Under the pieces are notes generated by a model that saw only the letters and a list, made by a program, of their open reading frames with translations, had not been told where the DNA came from and did not search any database. This document shows positions 39,901 through 53,171 of a stretch of DNA of 64,000 bases, piece after piece. Source of the DNA: Setoptus koraiensis (Eukaryota; Animalia; Arthropoda); the NCBI GenBank assembly GCA_048013815.1, contig CM106586.1, positions 18,476,001 to 18,540,000 on the forward strand. Reading direction: 5' to 3'. The position numbers were made by a program, and so were the translations under genes. The stretch's first letter is position 1. Each line of letters opens with the position of its first letter.

Positions 39901-41473
39901 GGTTGCTGTTTTGGGCCTATTCGCAATAAAAGAGCCGAGAAATCTCTCTAAATCCATCCGTCGAGTCCCGCCAGTCGGATGTAGGTATGTATATGTGTCT
40001 GTTCACATATTCATACATGAAACTACATCCACTATATACACCTGCCCATGTTACGTTGCGCCTATTGGTCGGATTGTCGGATTGCTATTGTGTTCGTGTT
40101 GTGAGTGCCCAGTTTCAGTGAAAGAGCGAGCGAGAGAGGCGCGAAATTGACTGGATCGATCATCCATCTTAATCATGGCAACCACCGGCAACGACAACAG
40201 CACCAACAACTGCAACAACGACAACAACAACGGCAACAACGGCAACAACAGCAACAACAATAACAACAACGACAGCCAATGACGACTGTCCTTTTTGGAG
40301 CACTCTCACTGGATAATGTGATCTATCACACACAGTCGTCTCACCGTATACAGGCTTGTACGCAGATGAGGCTTTGGAGCGAGAGCAAATCGATGTATCA
40401 ATCTAATCCGTTTGTTGTTGTTGTTGTTGTTGTGTGTTTGTAGCATGATGTAAGGGAGCGGATAACGAGTTAATTATCAACGTGATTACGCTTGTTACTT
40501 TTCATTATCTGGCCCTCTCAGTCTGCGCCCCATAGATGGCGCAACTAGAGCGACGCAACTCTCCAACAGTGCATCCCAAATGCGAAATGCAACTCTGTGG
40601 GCCAAGCTCGTTGTTTGCCCCTCTGTTTATATGGCGCTGGCTAGACTGTGGTTGCAACAGCAGCAGCAACAACAGCAACAACAACAACAACAGCGACAGT
40701 AACAACAGCAACAACAACAACGGCAACAACAGCAACAACAACAACGGCAACAAGTGAGTGTGTGAATTGTTCCGCCCATTGGTCAAGCTAGCAGCCGTTG
40801 TCGCTGTTGCCGTTTTTCGATCCAGGTGAGGGGGTGAGACAACAGCGACGGCAGCAATTCACTTGAATTCACTTCACTCGGTTGCTTCTCTCGCCTTCGC
40901 TCGTCGACGCCAACGTGAATTCTTTGCCTTGCTCGATGTGTTTTTTTTTTCGCTGTCTTTCTGTCCATCGGCCTCATGAGTTGCTCAGTTCTTGTTCGGT
41001 CGCCGCCAACGTAGCAAGCAAACATCGCCGTGGTTGCATAACTAGACCAATTGTGTGTGTGTGTGTGTGTGTGACTATACCAACGAAACCAGCGAAGAAT
41101 CAAGTGACCGTCGGCTCGTCGTGCCAAGCAATTATGTGTCAGTCTAAGTAGTTACGTAAGAGATGTCCGCAGCCGCCATCCGCAGCAATAGCATCACCAG
41201 TGGCAGTTGCACACCAAACAGCAATTTCATCGCAGCCCATTTTATCGGCGCCACTTGTCAGCAAAATTGATCAACAATCGACCGGCAACAACAGCGACAA
41301 CAACAGCGACAACAACAGCGACAACAACAACTCGCGAGCTGACCTGTTGTATAGGTGCCCGAGCATCGAGACACTCGTGTGACGCTGGCGAGTTTGTGGC
41401 ACAATTAGACGACAGTTATCATTTGAATCACAAGTGCTTAAGTCACCACTCAAAGGCGAGACCGGACGCACAG

Positions 41474-41523
41474 GTGAAGCTCAGGTGAAGCTCAGGTGAA
41501 GCTCAGGTGAGGCTCAGGTAAGG
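41474..41523 (+). repeat. Tandem 11-mer (GGTGAAGCTCA-like) array forming five CAG|GT donor-like sites
   Basis: CAG|GT at 41474, 41485, 41496, 41507 and 41518. Confidence 0.9.
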
Positions 41524-41818
41524 CGGCCTTAGGCATGCAAATCTTTGGCGCCGTGAGCATGGGTGCGTGGCTGAAAAACAATCGCCCCACAACACAATCA
41601 GCATAACAAACACATCACATCACGTGCAGCATCATTTAAACATGTTGCTCTATTACGCCATCTACACCATTTATACAAAATATTTATATATAGCAAACCG
41701 TTATAAATAGAATAACAACTGACTGAGTGAAATAGTCAAATATCAAGTTATCAATTGTCAAATTGTATAAATATTGCCAAGTTGTGGCGCGTGACAGCAA
41801 CAGCAACAGCAAGCAACA

Positions 41819-43652
41819 ATGTCAACAATGTCCAATTACGCAACTAGCGATGCAACCGCCAATCAAATTGATACAAATCAAGTTGAACAAATGATATCCA
41901 GCATCAAAGACAAATTGCGTCATGTAAGATTGCGCCAGCAAACTAACAAGAAACTGGGCTTCTCATTGCGAGGCGGTAAGTTGATCAAAAAATTCATTCA
42001 TTCATTCGTTGATTTATTCATTCTGCACGCCCGCAACTTGTTCAACTATGTGTCACCTGTCCACTAATTATAAATAGACGCATATATTATTATATAATTA
42101 TGCGCAATGCGTATGAACGTGTGATTACATAATGTAATGCAGCAACAATGTTTGCGTGTCAAGTCGACCGCTAGCGACTAGACCCATGAAAAGATGCAAA
42201 TCTCATCGGCTGCGATTAGTTGACCATGGCAGCTCATCAGTGTTATGATGCGCCAGTGGCCGGCACCGGAGCAAACTGAAAATGGCCATTGAGTGCATTA
42301 ATAGCATTTATAGTATGAAGCAAACTAAAAATAATATTATGTAACGTATAATGATGGTCGTTTGGCCATCAACGCAAGACGACTCGTCGTGCGTTGATGG
42401 CCGTAATTGGCATAATTTGCAAGCAAATTTGCTCTTGCTGTGTTTTGTGAGGCCGGCAGCTCGCTAAATCGACTCATGACGACAGTGGGCCGTTGCGCCC
42501 AGCTCTCGACTGGTCAGTTTGTTTGAATCACAACACATTGGACAGAGAAACATTAAAATAATCATGCATAATCGACCCATCGGTATGCTGTGTGAGCACG
42601 CTCGAATACCTTGATACACCAAGCTGAACCAAGGTATATCAAGGTATATATCAAGTATATACTAAACATACTTGGTATATATAGCCGGAGATGGCGGCAA
42701 CGTGTGCGAGTATCGTGTAATTAAAAAATTACACGATGCCCTTGTTGTTGTTGCTGTTGTTGTTGTTGATGATGATGATGCAGTGACCAATGCAACTCAA
42801 ATGACGTAACAACTCTTCAGGCTGTCGGGTCATTCAATTTGCTCATGGCGCAATGCCGATTGAGACGACTAAATGAGTGAGGTGGCCAGAATGTTGGCTG
42901 ACTTGTGGGCACCATTCAATAGCTTCAGTTGGGCCCAACGAGTTGCTGATGGTCGCTCCCAGTTGAGGGCTCGCGAGGTCGCCAATTGAGAGTGTCCAGC
43001 AAACGACAACAACAACGACGACAACAGCAACAACAGGCTAATGTGACGCAATAACAGCAGATATTGTTGTAACAAGCAAACAATCGCGGCCTAATAGGTC
43101 ACTGTGATGGCGAGTTGCAATAAATCGTGTGCCGTTTGGTGTGGTCAGGCCAGATTAGTGGCGATAATGTGCAGTTGGCAGTAGGGACAAACAATCTATC
43201 ATTTGTTACATTTGTTGTGCGCTTGCTGTTGCTGTCTGAACTTGACTACAAGCAAACGTTTGTCTAATAGGCGAGAGCAACATTTATGGACATAATGCGA
43301 TACAAATATGCATAAATTCATTCATTTATCCCTCTCTGGCTGTGTAGTGTTGTGAGCGTTCGCTAACAACGGTACAGTTGCGACGAAACATTGTATTGCA
43401 CAATTGAATCCTTGGGCGTATATCCGTCCTATCGCATACTCGTCTCCCTGGGCCTGACGTACGGCACTCAGGCACGCTCGTCTGCCCGTCATACGCTTGG
43501 CATGGTCGTATCAATGGTATCCATGGCAGCATTATCCGTTGTCAAATGGTCAGTCGGACACTGTTGTTGTTGCAGTTGCGCTGTTGTGCCAGCGACAGCC
43601 AGCTAACAGCCGAACAGTAGTTGCCCATTTGTTGCCCAAATCACCTTATCTT

Positions 43653-43694
<42 letters not shown>

Positions 43695-46600
43695 TATGCG
43701 ATGCGGTGATGACTCTCGAGCTGGTGCCACCATTACGCAATAAGCGCTCATTACAATAAGGATTAGCCGTTGACCGTAAACGACCAGCCCATGGCGTTGT
43801 TTTGCCATCTGTCTGGCCATCGCTGGGCCACTTGGCCGCTTGGCGGCCACCATCGGCACTTTGTGGCCAAGTGGCCGAGCGATGGCCAGACAGATCGGAT
43901 AAGTGTGAGATATCCGATTGGCCGATTGGATGCGCGCATTTGCAAGGGCCGCCGCACTCACTTGCGCTGGCCAGTTTGGCACTCGCCACGCTCACAATGC
44001 TGTTAGCCAGATTACGCAACGATGCACAAATGTTGGCTCGCCAACTGACACTGGATATGCAAATCAGATGCCGGCCGAGAAACACGGCGCGCCTCTGGCG
44101 GCAAAAGTTGGCCGCATCGGCCGCATTGATCGCATCGGCCGCATTGATCACATTGGTCACATTTATCCGTCTGGCCACTTTGCGCCCGACATTCCGACGC
44201 AGTTTCGCGATTCCGACGCATTTTTGCAAATCCGACGCGTTTTTGCAACTCCGGCGCGTTTTCGCGCGTTGTGGCAAAGCGAACAGTGTTCGAGCGAAAC
44301 AATGGCAGACACAATGGCGATACTAGAGAGTGACACTTGCGAGTTCTCGGCCGAGGCCAGCTGACCGTAGGCCGTGCTCTCGTGAATTTGCATGCGACCG
44401 GCCGGAAATAGTGTAGCAATCAGCTGAACACATATACACACTATACATACTGTATGTATATGTGTGTTATAAGTGTGGGTGCGATACTGTTAATCTGCGG
44501 CTGCATATTCACGCATGAATACATTGGCTGACAATTGTGAATACACTGGACCAGTGCTGACTGTTTGGGATGTGGGCAAAACAAATTTGCAACAATGACA
44601 ACAACAACAAAGCGATTTGTGGCTCGCTTTTTGTCTCTTCGGCCTGGCTGCCGTTTATCGTCGGTCGCAATGATTGTTGTGGTTGTCGGATTATCCGACG
44701 GACAACAATCGTTCATTGAATTGGCCGTCATTGGCTGGCGCATAGTGTCACGGAGTTGTTGGTATTGCGCAACGGTGCTATATGGTAACTTAACTATATT
44801 GCAACTTGTTGCAATTTGCTGCAAGGTTGCTGCCCATGCCAGCGACACAATGTTAAAACACACACACACACACAACACCCACCGATACCGGCAATACCGA
44901 CGATACAGCGAGCAACAGGTGAGAGTGACAATGGACTGAAACAATGACGACAACACGACGGCAACAATGCGATGGGCCCGACGAGCGCCGCCGAATGCAT
45001 GTTTGCTCAATATTATCGGCTCGTCGCTTGCTGATTGTCAGTTTGCCGGTTGCATTACGTAATGCGTATATTACGTATGTTACCCATGTTGCGTATATTG
45101 CGTAATGTTGCGTATGTTACGTAATGTTGCGTATGTTGCGTATGCGAGGATAGGAAGCGAGATGCGACGACGGCGAGCCAGTCGGCAGCGAGGTTTTTGA
45201 CCTTTGTATTGGCAGCGCAGTGAGTGAGTAATGATGATCATAAATAATAACGACGACGACGACGACGACGATCGGTTTCGCTTTTATTTTTAGCCACTTT
45301 GCCTGTGCCACCGTCAGCAGCGGCAGCCACAACATCAATAACGACAACAACAACAGCAACAACAACAACGACAGCAGCAACAACAGCGACGCCAACAAAT
45401 TATATCCGCATCAATTAGAGTGTGCATGCCGATTGCGCAAGCACCGCCATGAATAACTTTTACCTGTCGCCGGCGAGCAACGGGCCGCTAGTTGCGCATG
45501 GGGCAAGTGTTGCGCAACTAGCGGCCCTGTTGTGTCATGGCGAGCCAATAATAATCGATAGATGTCATTCATGTGAAGCCTCATCGATTATGAATGCTAA
45601 TGTTGCCGTTGCGACCGTCTGACAGAGCGACCGTCGGGCAGAGCGACCGTCTGGCAGAGCGACCGTCGGAGCGTCCGCCGGCGCGTCTAACAGAGCCTCC
45701 AACGGAGCGTCTGTGGGAGCATCCAGCGGAGACTAGCGCAGATTAGGCACTTGTTGCTGATGGCGAGCCAGTTGATCACACAACTGCCGCTTAGTGCCGG
45801 CTTCGGTGTTGCGTTTGGACGAGCATCGCCGGTCGGATCGGATTGGATCGGATTGGATCCGTTTCGATCCGGCTAAACAGATCCGTTCGTCATGTTCGTA
45901 TTTGTTGTTTGAGTTGTTCGAGCTGTCCGAGCTGTTCGAGCTGTTCGAGCTGTTCGAGCTGTTCGAGCGTTTGAGCTGTTTGAGTTATGCGAGTTATGCA
46001 GATTTGTTCGCGTTCGTTGGCATGATGATGCGCTCACAGGTTGAGCTGGCCAGCTCAATGACTTGCCAATGCATTATGCATAATAATTCATTCATCTATG
46101 CAGAAAAAGAATTCTCGCTGTCGCTTGCTCGCCCGCCCGCTCGCTCGCCGCTTCGGGTCAATCAGCATCAATAATCAACTATTGCCCAACTATAACGCTA
46201 TATAAAGCATACGCATGTCATTAGGCATCCACACTGAGCGGCTCAACGCAACACGATAATGATTACATAACAACTGCACAGGTAAATACGGGATAATTAC
46301 AACGGGCAACGGCGCCACTCGGGTGTGTGGTCCCGACGATAGCCGCCGTCTTGCCAGCACCGTTATTTGTGGCGCCATTCACAGCCGTATATGCGTTTAC
46401 ATGCCTCCATGTGTTCGTATTCATTTGCCTTCATTCAAAGAGGCCATTTCATACTTTTCCTTGCCACTGCCAACAACACCGTCACGATAGAAGCGAATTC
46501 CGATGAATTGTTGCATTGGCACACTCGCACAATCATCGACGATATCCGCGCAATTATCCGCGATACATTCGCTCAATGTGGCGTGCGAAAATTATCAGCA

Positions 46601-48660
46601 AATATCGCCGCAACCGATAAGCGACCAATCACTATCCGCTTATTGATCCCGTTCAATTGACGCGAAACGCGCCACCAAATCCCCATCTTGGTGTCGGCAC
46701 ACTGTGGTCCCCAACTTGTCGCATATTGTCTCTGTCGATCGCGACTGCCGGTCGTAATTTGCGACTCGTAATGCAGCCACCGGATGTGCACCAATTGCAC
46801 GTGCACCTCTCACTGCCGCAAAACTCTCGGGAAAACTCTCGCCGCGGGCTATTACACCGGCATTCTCTCGGTATTCTCAGATTGTTCCCTGGCTATTCCC
46901 TGACCGAGCAATGCCGGCTCAGCATGCTCGGTAAACCGACGCTGGGCGCCGCGTCGAAGCTGCGCGCCACGAAAATCGTATTAGCCAGCATAGATTGAAA
47001 TGAATTAATAATCGCATTGGGCAACAATCAGAGCAAATTATGCAAATGCAATCACTGTGTATCATTGTATTCTCACATGCTCTCTATTTTCGCCCTGCCA
47101 CCCATATCTGTTCTGTCCATTATTGCCGGCCGTTGTCGCTGGCGCAACAACGACAACAACAACGACAACAACAACAACGACAACAACACCGACGACGACG
47201 ACGACGGCGGCGACAACTGCGCTCATGCCGGCGAGCAGGTCGCGATTATGGAACCTCGGTCGGCGTTTACGTTTCCGACGTCGAGCCCAACTCCGAGGCG
47301 GACAAAAAAGGCCTAAAGGTAAGGCAAACAAACAAACAAACGATGCATGAATGAATAGACACATTTGCGCCCCTCTGGCAATCTCGCCAAATTGCCAAAA
47401 CATCGTTATAGCTACAACTACAAACGTTATTCGTGCCTCTGAACGAGAAATCGCCATTATCGTTGGTGGCGCCAATGAGTGCCGGCCGGAGTTTCTCACA
47501 ATGAATTATCAGCATTAATTAGCTGGCTGAAGCAATTTAATTTGGAGTGGGTATGCTGATGGTTGCGTCATCAGTGTGTCTAGCTATTGGCCGGCTCTGC
47601 TCATTTATTTCTTTGCTTTTATTCTCAAGCCTCTCATAATGACCTGACTCTCATAACGGCTCAACTCTCATAATGGCTCGACTCATAACGGCTCGACTCT
47701 CATAATGGCTCAGCTCTCATGATGAGAGTCTCACTTGTCTCTGGCTCACCTGTCGCTAAGTGGCAAATTGTTAATTGTTGCTGGCCGGCAAACGGTCGCT
47801 TCTTCTTCTAATTGGCGGCATTGCTCGCCAGTGGCTACCGGCGATTGTTGCAACTAACTCACTGACTTGTCCAACTAACCCGTTCGCTGATATCCGACCA
47901 ATGATATCCCGCTAACCGATACCATGCTAACTAATGCCGATATCATTGCATACGCTACTATATTTACTAATATGTTCACTTACTCATATATTTACATGTC
48001 CCGCGATAACAGATTGGTGATCAGATACTACAGGTGAACGGCTACAATGTTGCGCAGGCAATTCACGACGAGGTGATCAAATTGATCAGAAGCTCGCCAG
48101 TGGTGATAGAGTTAAAAGTGAGAAACAACGCACTGTTGCCCGTCCAAGACGGCCTAGGCGCCCCCGTGAAATGGTGCTCTGTGATACAATTGATCAGCCA
48201 GCAGCAGCAGCAGTTGCCCGGCGATTGGGGCGCCGCCGAGTCGTGCCAAAACGGTGCCCCAATGACGGGCAAGTCGAGCCTGGCAAGCGAGCAACAGGTA
48301 GCGGCAGGCAAGCCGGCGCCAGCGAGGCTGAGTCGTGCCGCTAACGGGCAGCTCAAATCGGCCAACAACGAAAACTCAACTGCAAACAACGCAACAAACC
48401 CAAATACAAACAGCACACAGGGGGACACAAATAAAGAGACAAACACAAATGCGGCAACAAGTGCAAATATAGACAATGACAACAACAATGGCGCCGCACC
48501 ATCTGCCGCCAGTCCTAATTGCGACAGCAACAATCGCCGTCCACCACCTATCGTCCAGCAAACAAAACAGCAGACGGCAACTAATTACGGCATCGGCCGT
48601 ATCGGTCGCCAGGGCAATCGCAACAGCGGCAGCGGCATCAGCAACAACAGCAGCAGCAGC

Positions 48661-48697
<37 letters not shown>

Positions 48698-51207
48698 ACG
48701 CAACTGGCTCCAGTGGCTATCATGCTGGTCTCATCGGCAGGAAAAAGTCACGCGCGCCAGAGCCGCCAATTAACATTGGCAGTGCCACCGTTGTCAGAAT
48801 GGCGCATCACCAAGCCGCTGCAGAGACAACAACAACAACCGTAACAACTGCAGCATCGTCGCACAACGGCAGCGTTGTGGTCGTTGGCTCGGCCGGCAGC
48901 AGCAGCAACAACAACAACGACAACAACAACTGCGGCAACAACTGCGGCAACAACGACAACAGCAACAACTGCGCCGACGGTAACGGTGCCACGGCAATCA
49001 AGAGAAACCAATCCGACAGTGACGCAAGCAATTACAATATTGCAACAACAGAGACACCGGCAACAAATACAAATATAGCCGATGCACACCTGAATCAGCT
49101 GAGTAGCGGTCAGTTCAGTGACCCTAATCGCAGGCGCAACGCCAACCCAATCAACAGCAACAGCAACAACAACAGCAACAAACACAAATTGTCGTATTGC
49201 AGCAGTAGCAAAGACGAGTTTTTCAGCGACGACCACCACCAGCACCATTACTATCGACTGGCCGACAAACATGATGCAAATGAGCGGCACGATGCGGCTC
49301 ATATCGCCAACAATCGACAACAACAACAGCAGCAGCAGCGCCAACAACTGACAGCCAGCACTGCCGACTACGATTACCAAGACGAACAAAGACAAAAAGA
49401 CGATCTCGAAATGATAATAAACAACGACTATTTAATTCAAACTACGCGCCAAAATGGGGCCCCATACAGCAGCACGGTCAATATTGTTGCCGCAATGCAG
49501 TGTGCAGCCCCACTGTCCGCCGCAACAATATGTGCCGGCAGCAACAATAGCTCAGATTGTGATATTACGATTGCTGCCAATTGTGGCAAGCAGCATCAGC
49601 AGCAGCCGCAAGATATTCTGCTGACCGGAAACGGAAATGAAACCGGAAGGTCAGTTGAAAGCACCGCTAATGAGTGCTTCGAATATAACGGTGCTCAGCT
49701 TTTCGTCTGAGCACCGTTGTTTGTGATCGTTCACCGGATAATGTGACAACCCCGACAACACCGACACTCACTGACGCCAATCTTTTCTCCCCACTTTGCC
49801 CGCTTCTCGCACTTTGCCCGATTTTTCCACTTTTCCCCATTTTCCCACTTTTCCCCATTTTTCCACTTCGCCACTTGGGGCGCCCGCCTCGTTTATCGGT
49901 TTTGTTTTTTATAACCGACGACAACAGTGTCGTGTCGAGCTGTCGCCCGAACGAGGCGCCCAGCCAACAGGCCAACAGTGTGGACGGAAACAGTGTCGAT
50001 GACGGCATTGTGTGCCAGATTTCGTCGTCGGCCTCGTCGGCCTCATCGACCGTCTCGTCGTCGTTGGTCATCACAAGCAAGAAGTTGAAGCACCAAAAGA
50101 CAAAGAGCGGCGACTCGAATCTGTCGGCCAAATTCGACCCGACGAATCGCATCTCGTCCACTGCCAACATCAACGATCTTATTATCAACGATTATTGTGA
50201 TGAGGTTAGGAAAAGTGGCGGAAGTGGTCGGCGCGATGCGAAGCGCTCCGCCGACGCGGCGGCCTCAAACAACGACAACGGCGTGCATGATGACGATACG
50301 CTCACGATGGATCAAGAGGCCGCCGCCAGAAAGCGACACAACAAGCAGACGGCGCACAAAAACAACAGCAACAAGTGCATCGCCAGCGAGACTATATCGA
50401 ACACGTCGTCGTCGTCGTCGTCGTCGTATTCGTTGCGTTCGCTCATGTCGTCAATGTCGGACGAGGCCGAATCAATGGAATCGTCGTCGCCGGCGTCGTC
50501 GTTGAACGCGAGCGAGCTGATTCAGCAGCACAACAACAACAACAACAACCACCGTTACCTGTCCGATCACGCACAGCAGCAGCAGCAACAACAACAGCGG
50601 CGGCACAACAGCGACACCACAGTGAGTGGCAACGACGACCGGAAGTTGTTCGGGTCTCACGAGGGCGCCTGTCAGATGCTTGAGCGGCGACACACAGCCG
50701 ATGGAGAGGACGACAGCGAAGAAGAGCTGCTCATCGAGCTCAACAATCAGCCGTTCGGGTGCGGCGTTGTGAAGGGACCGGCGGACTTTCCGGGCATATT
50801 TGTGCAGTCCATCAGGCCGGGCTCCATTGCGGAGCGGTCCGGTCTGGAGATCGGCGATCAGATAGTGAAAATGAATCACAACTCGCTGCTAGATTGCACC
50901 TTCGACGAGGCCATCAAGCTGATAAAGTCGCACCAGACGCTGCTGTTGTCGATACGGAAGGGCGCCGCGTTGGAGCTGTTCCACAGGCACAATCTGCTGC
51001 AATGTGGGGCGCCCGGCAATGCCGGCAGCAACGGAATTAGATCGCTGAAAGCGATTATAGACGTGAAAGTGGGCGACTTTAGCCCGAGTGATAACGACCA
51101 AACTACTGGCGACATCAAGCGACCAAACAACCATTATGAGTGCGCGAAAGTGTCGCTTGGCCAGCGACAATCTGTCGCGGGCCAATCCGCGAACAATTAC
51201 GAAGAAT

Positions 51208-51242
<35 letters not shown>

Positions 51243-53140
51243 AGTGAGAAACAAACAGCCAGCGAAGAAAGCGAAAGCGAACTGACCACCGCCACTCATC
51301 AGCCACTCGTTAAGTGCCTCGCTAATGAATGGTCATCTGCCGAGATCAATCATGAGCAGCAAGTGGCCCAAACAACAACGACAGCAGCGCCGACAACAGG
51401 TGATTCGTTCATGATTGATGCGGCCGGTGATATGACAATTAAGCAGCAAGAGCTGGACATTTGCGACGAGGACGACCTGCAAATTAACGATCAGCACCAC
51501 TACCTGTCGCCCATTCCCGACTACAGGCATCAGCTGATGGTCGGCAACAACACCAGCAACAACAACAACAGCAGCAACGGCGGCGCAACAGCGATATCAA
51601 TTAATCAGTGCGCTCGTCATGGCAACAACAAGAGCGGTCATAAACTGGCCAATGCCGTCAGCTCAGTCAATTCAAATTTGCAGCGAGCTGGCGCAAGCGC
51701 AAAGTCAAGCTTCGCAGCAATTGAAAACAACTGTCCGCTAATTAATGTTAACAACACCAACAATAAAATTAATTTAATTAAGCGGGGGAGGTCGCAGCAG
51801 CAACAGCAGCAGCCCATCAGGCCCGTGTCTGTGGCCGCGCAAACGGCAAACTTTGTTGGCGCCGATTGGCAGTTTGCGGGCGCTTGCAGCGACCAATCAA
51901 ATTTAATTAGCGCACCATCGGTGAACAAACTCAGTCACAGTCACAGTCCCAAAACAGCAACAGCAACAACGACCACAACAACAACAATTGTGCAACAACG
52001 ACACACCAAATGTAAATATCCCATAAACAGATTGATTGCAACTGGAACATTAACACCTACGCCCACGATAGCAACATCGACAGCAACGGCCACAGTCGAC
52101 AACTCAATTGGCTGCAACAGATTGAAATTGTCGCGCATGCTGTCAGCCTCCACCTCGTCGCTGTTGTGCACTTCCGGTGCGTCATCTAATCTCGTTTCCG
52201 GTGGCTGTGGGCCCATGTCAGCAACGGCGTCAAACAACAAGAGTCAACAGCATTTGTACAAGGGCAAGCACCGAATGCAGCAGCAGCAGCACAAATTGTT
52301 CAGTCATCATCAGAGTGCGGCCTATTTGCATCAGCAGCATCAGCAGCAGCACATGAAGCCCGCGGACAAATATTTAATTAGCCATAGATCACACGAGGAG
52401 CACTGCGCCTTGCACACACTGTGCAACAGCGACAAACAGCAACGCTCTTCCGGTCAACAGCAACAACAACAACCACAACAACCACAGCAACCACAGCAAC
52501 AACAGAGGTGCAAGGTGCATTATTCGGACGGAGCGAGAGTATCGCACCATCATCGGCAGCAGCAGCAGCAAGCGATCAGTCAGCACGACCTGTCCTCGTT
52601 GGCCGTGAACAAGATGCGATACCTGAACAAGAGCTGCTCCAATTTGTCTAATCCAAGCCAGCCAATTGCGGCCCGTCCGACGGCCCCATGCACCAATTAC
52701 TACGACCAGCACATGGCCGCGAAATGGTCGCCGCGTCAGCAGCCGACCGGCCCGCTGATCAATCAACTGAAGCCATCCTGTCAGCATCACCATCACCAGC
52801 AGCAGCAGCAATCACAGCATCATTACGCAACGGCAGCCGTCAGTCGACAGTCGTCCAATTACCATCACCACAGTCAGCTGTTCCTCCACAACGGCAGCAG
52901 CAACAACAACAACAACATCAACAACAACAGCAACAACAACAGCAACAACAACAGCGGGCCTGGGTCGCCGACGCTGTCGTCGGCGTCGTCTGGGCACCGC
53001 CAGCCGATAGCGGACAGCCAGACGAGCTGCTGTTGGACGAGCAACACTAGTCATAGCGGCCAGCACCGTTATCATGCGACACACACCGGCAACAACAATT
53101 ACCATAATGTCGCCTGTCACGATCACCACATGCACAACAA

Positions 53141-53171
<31 letters not shown>

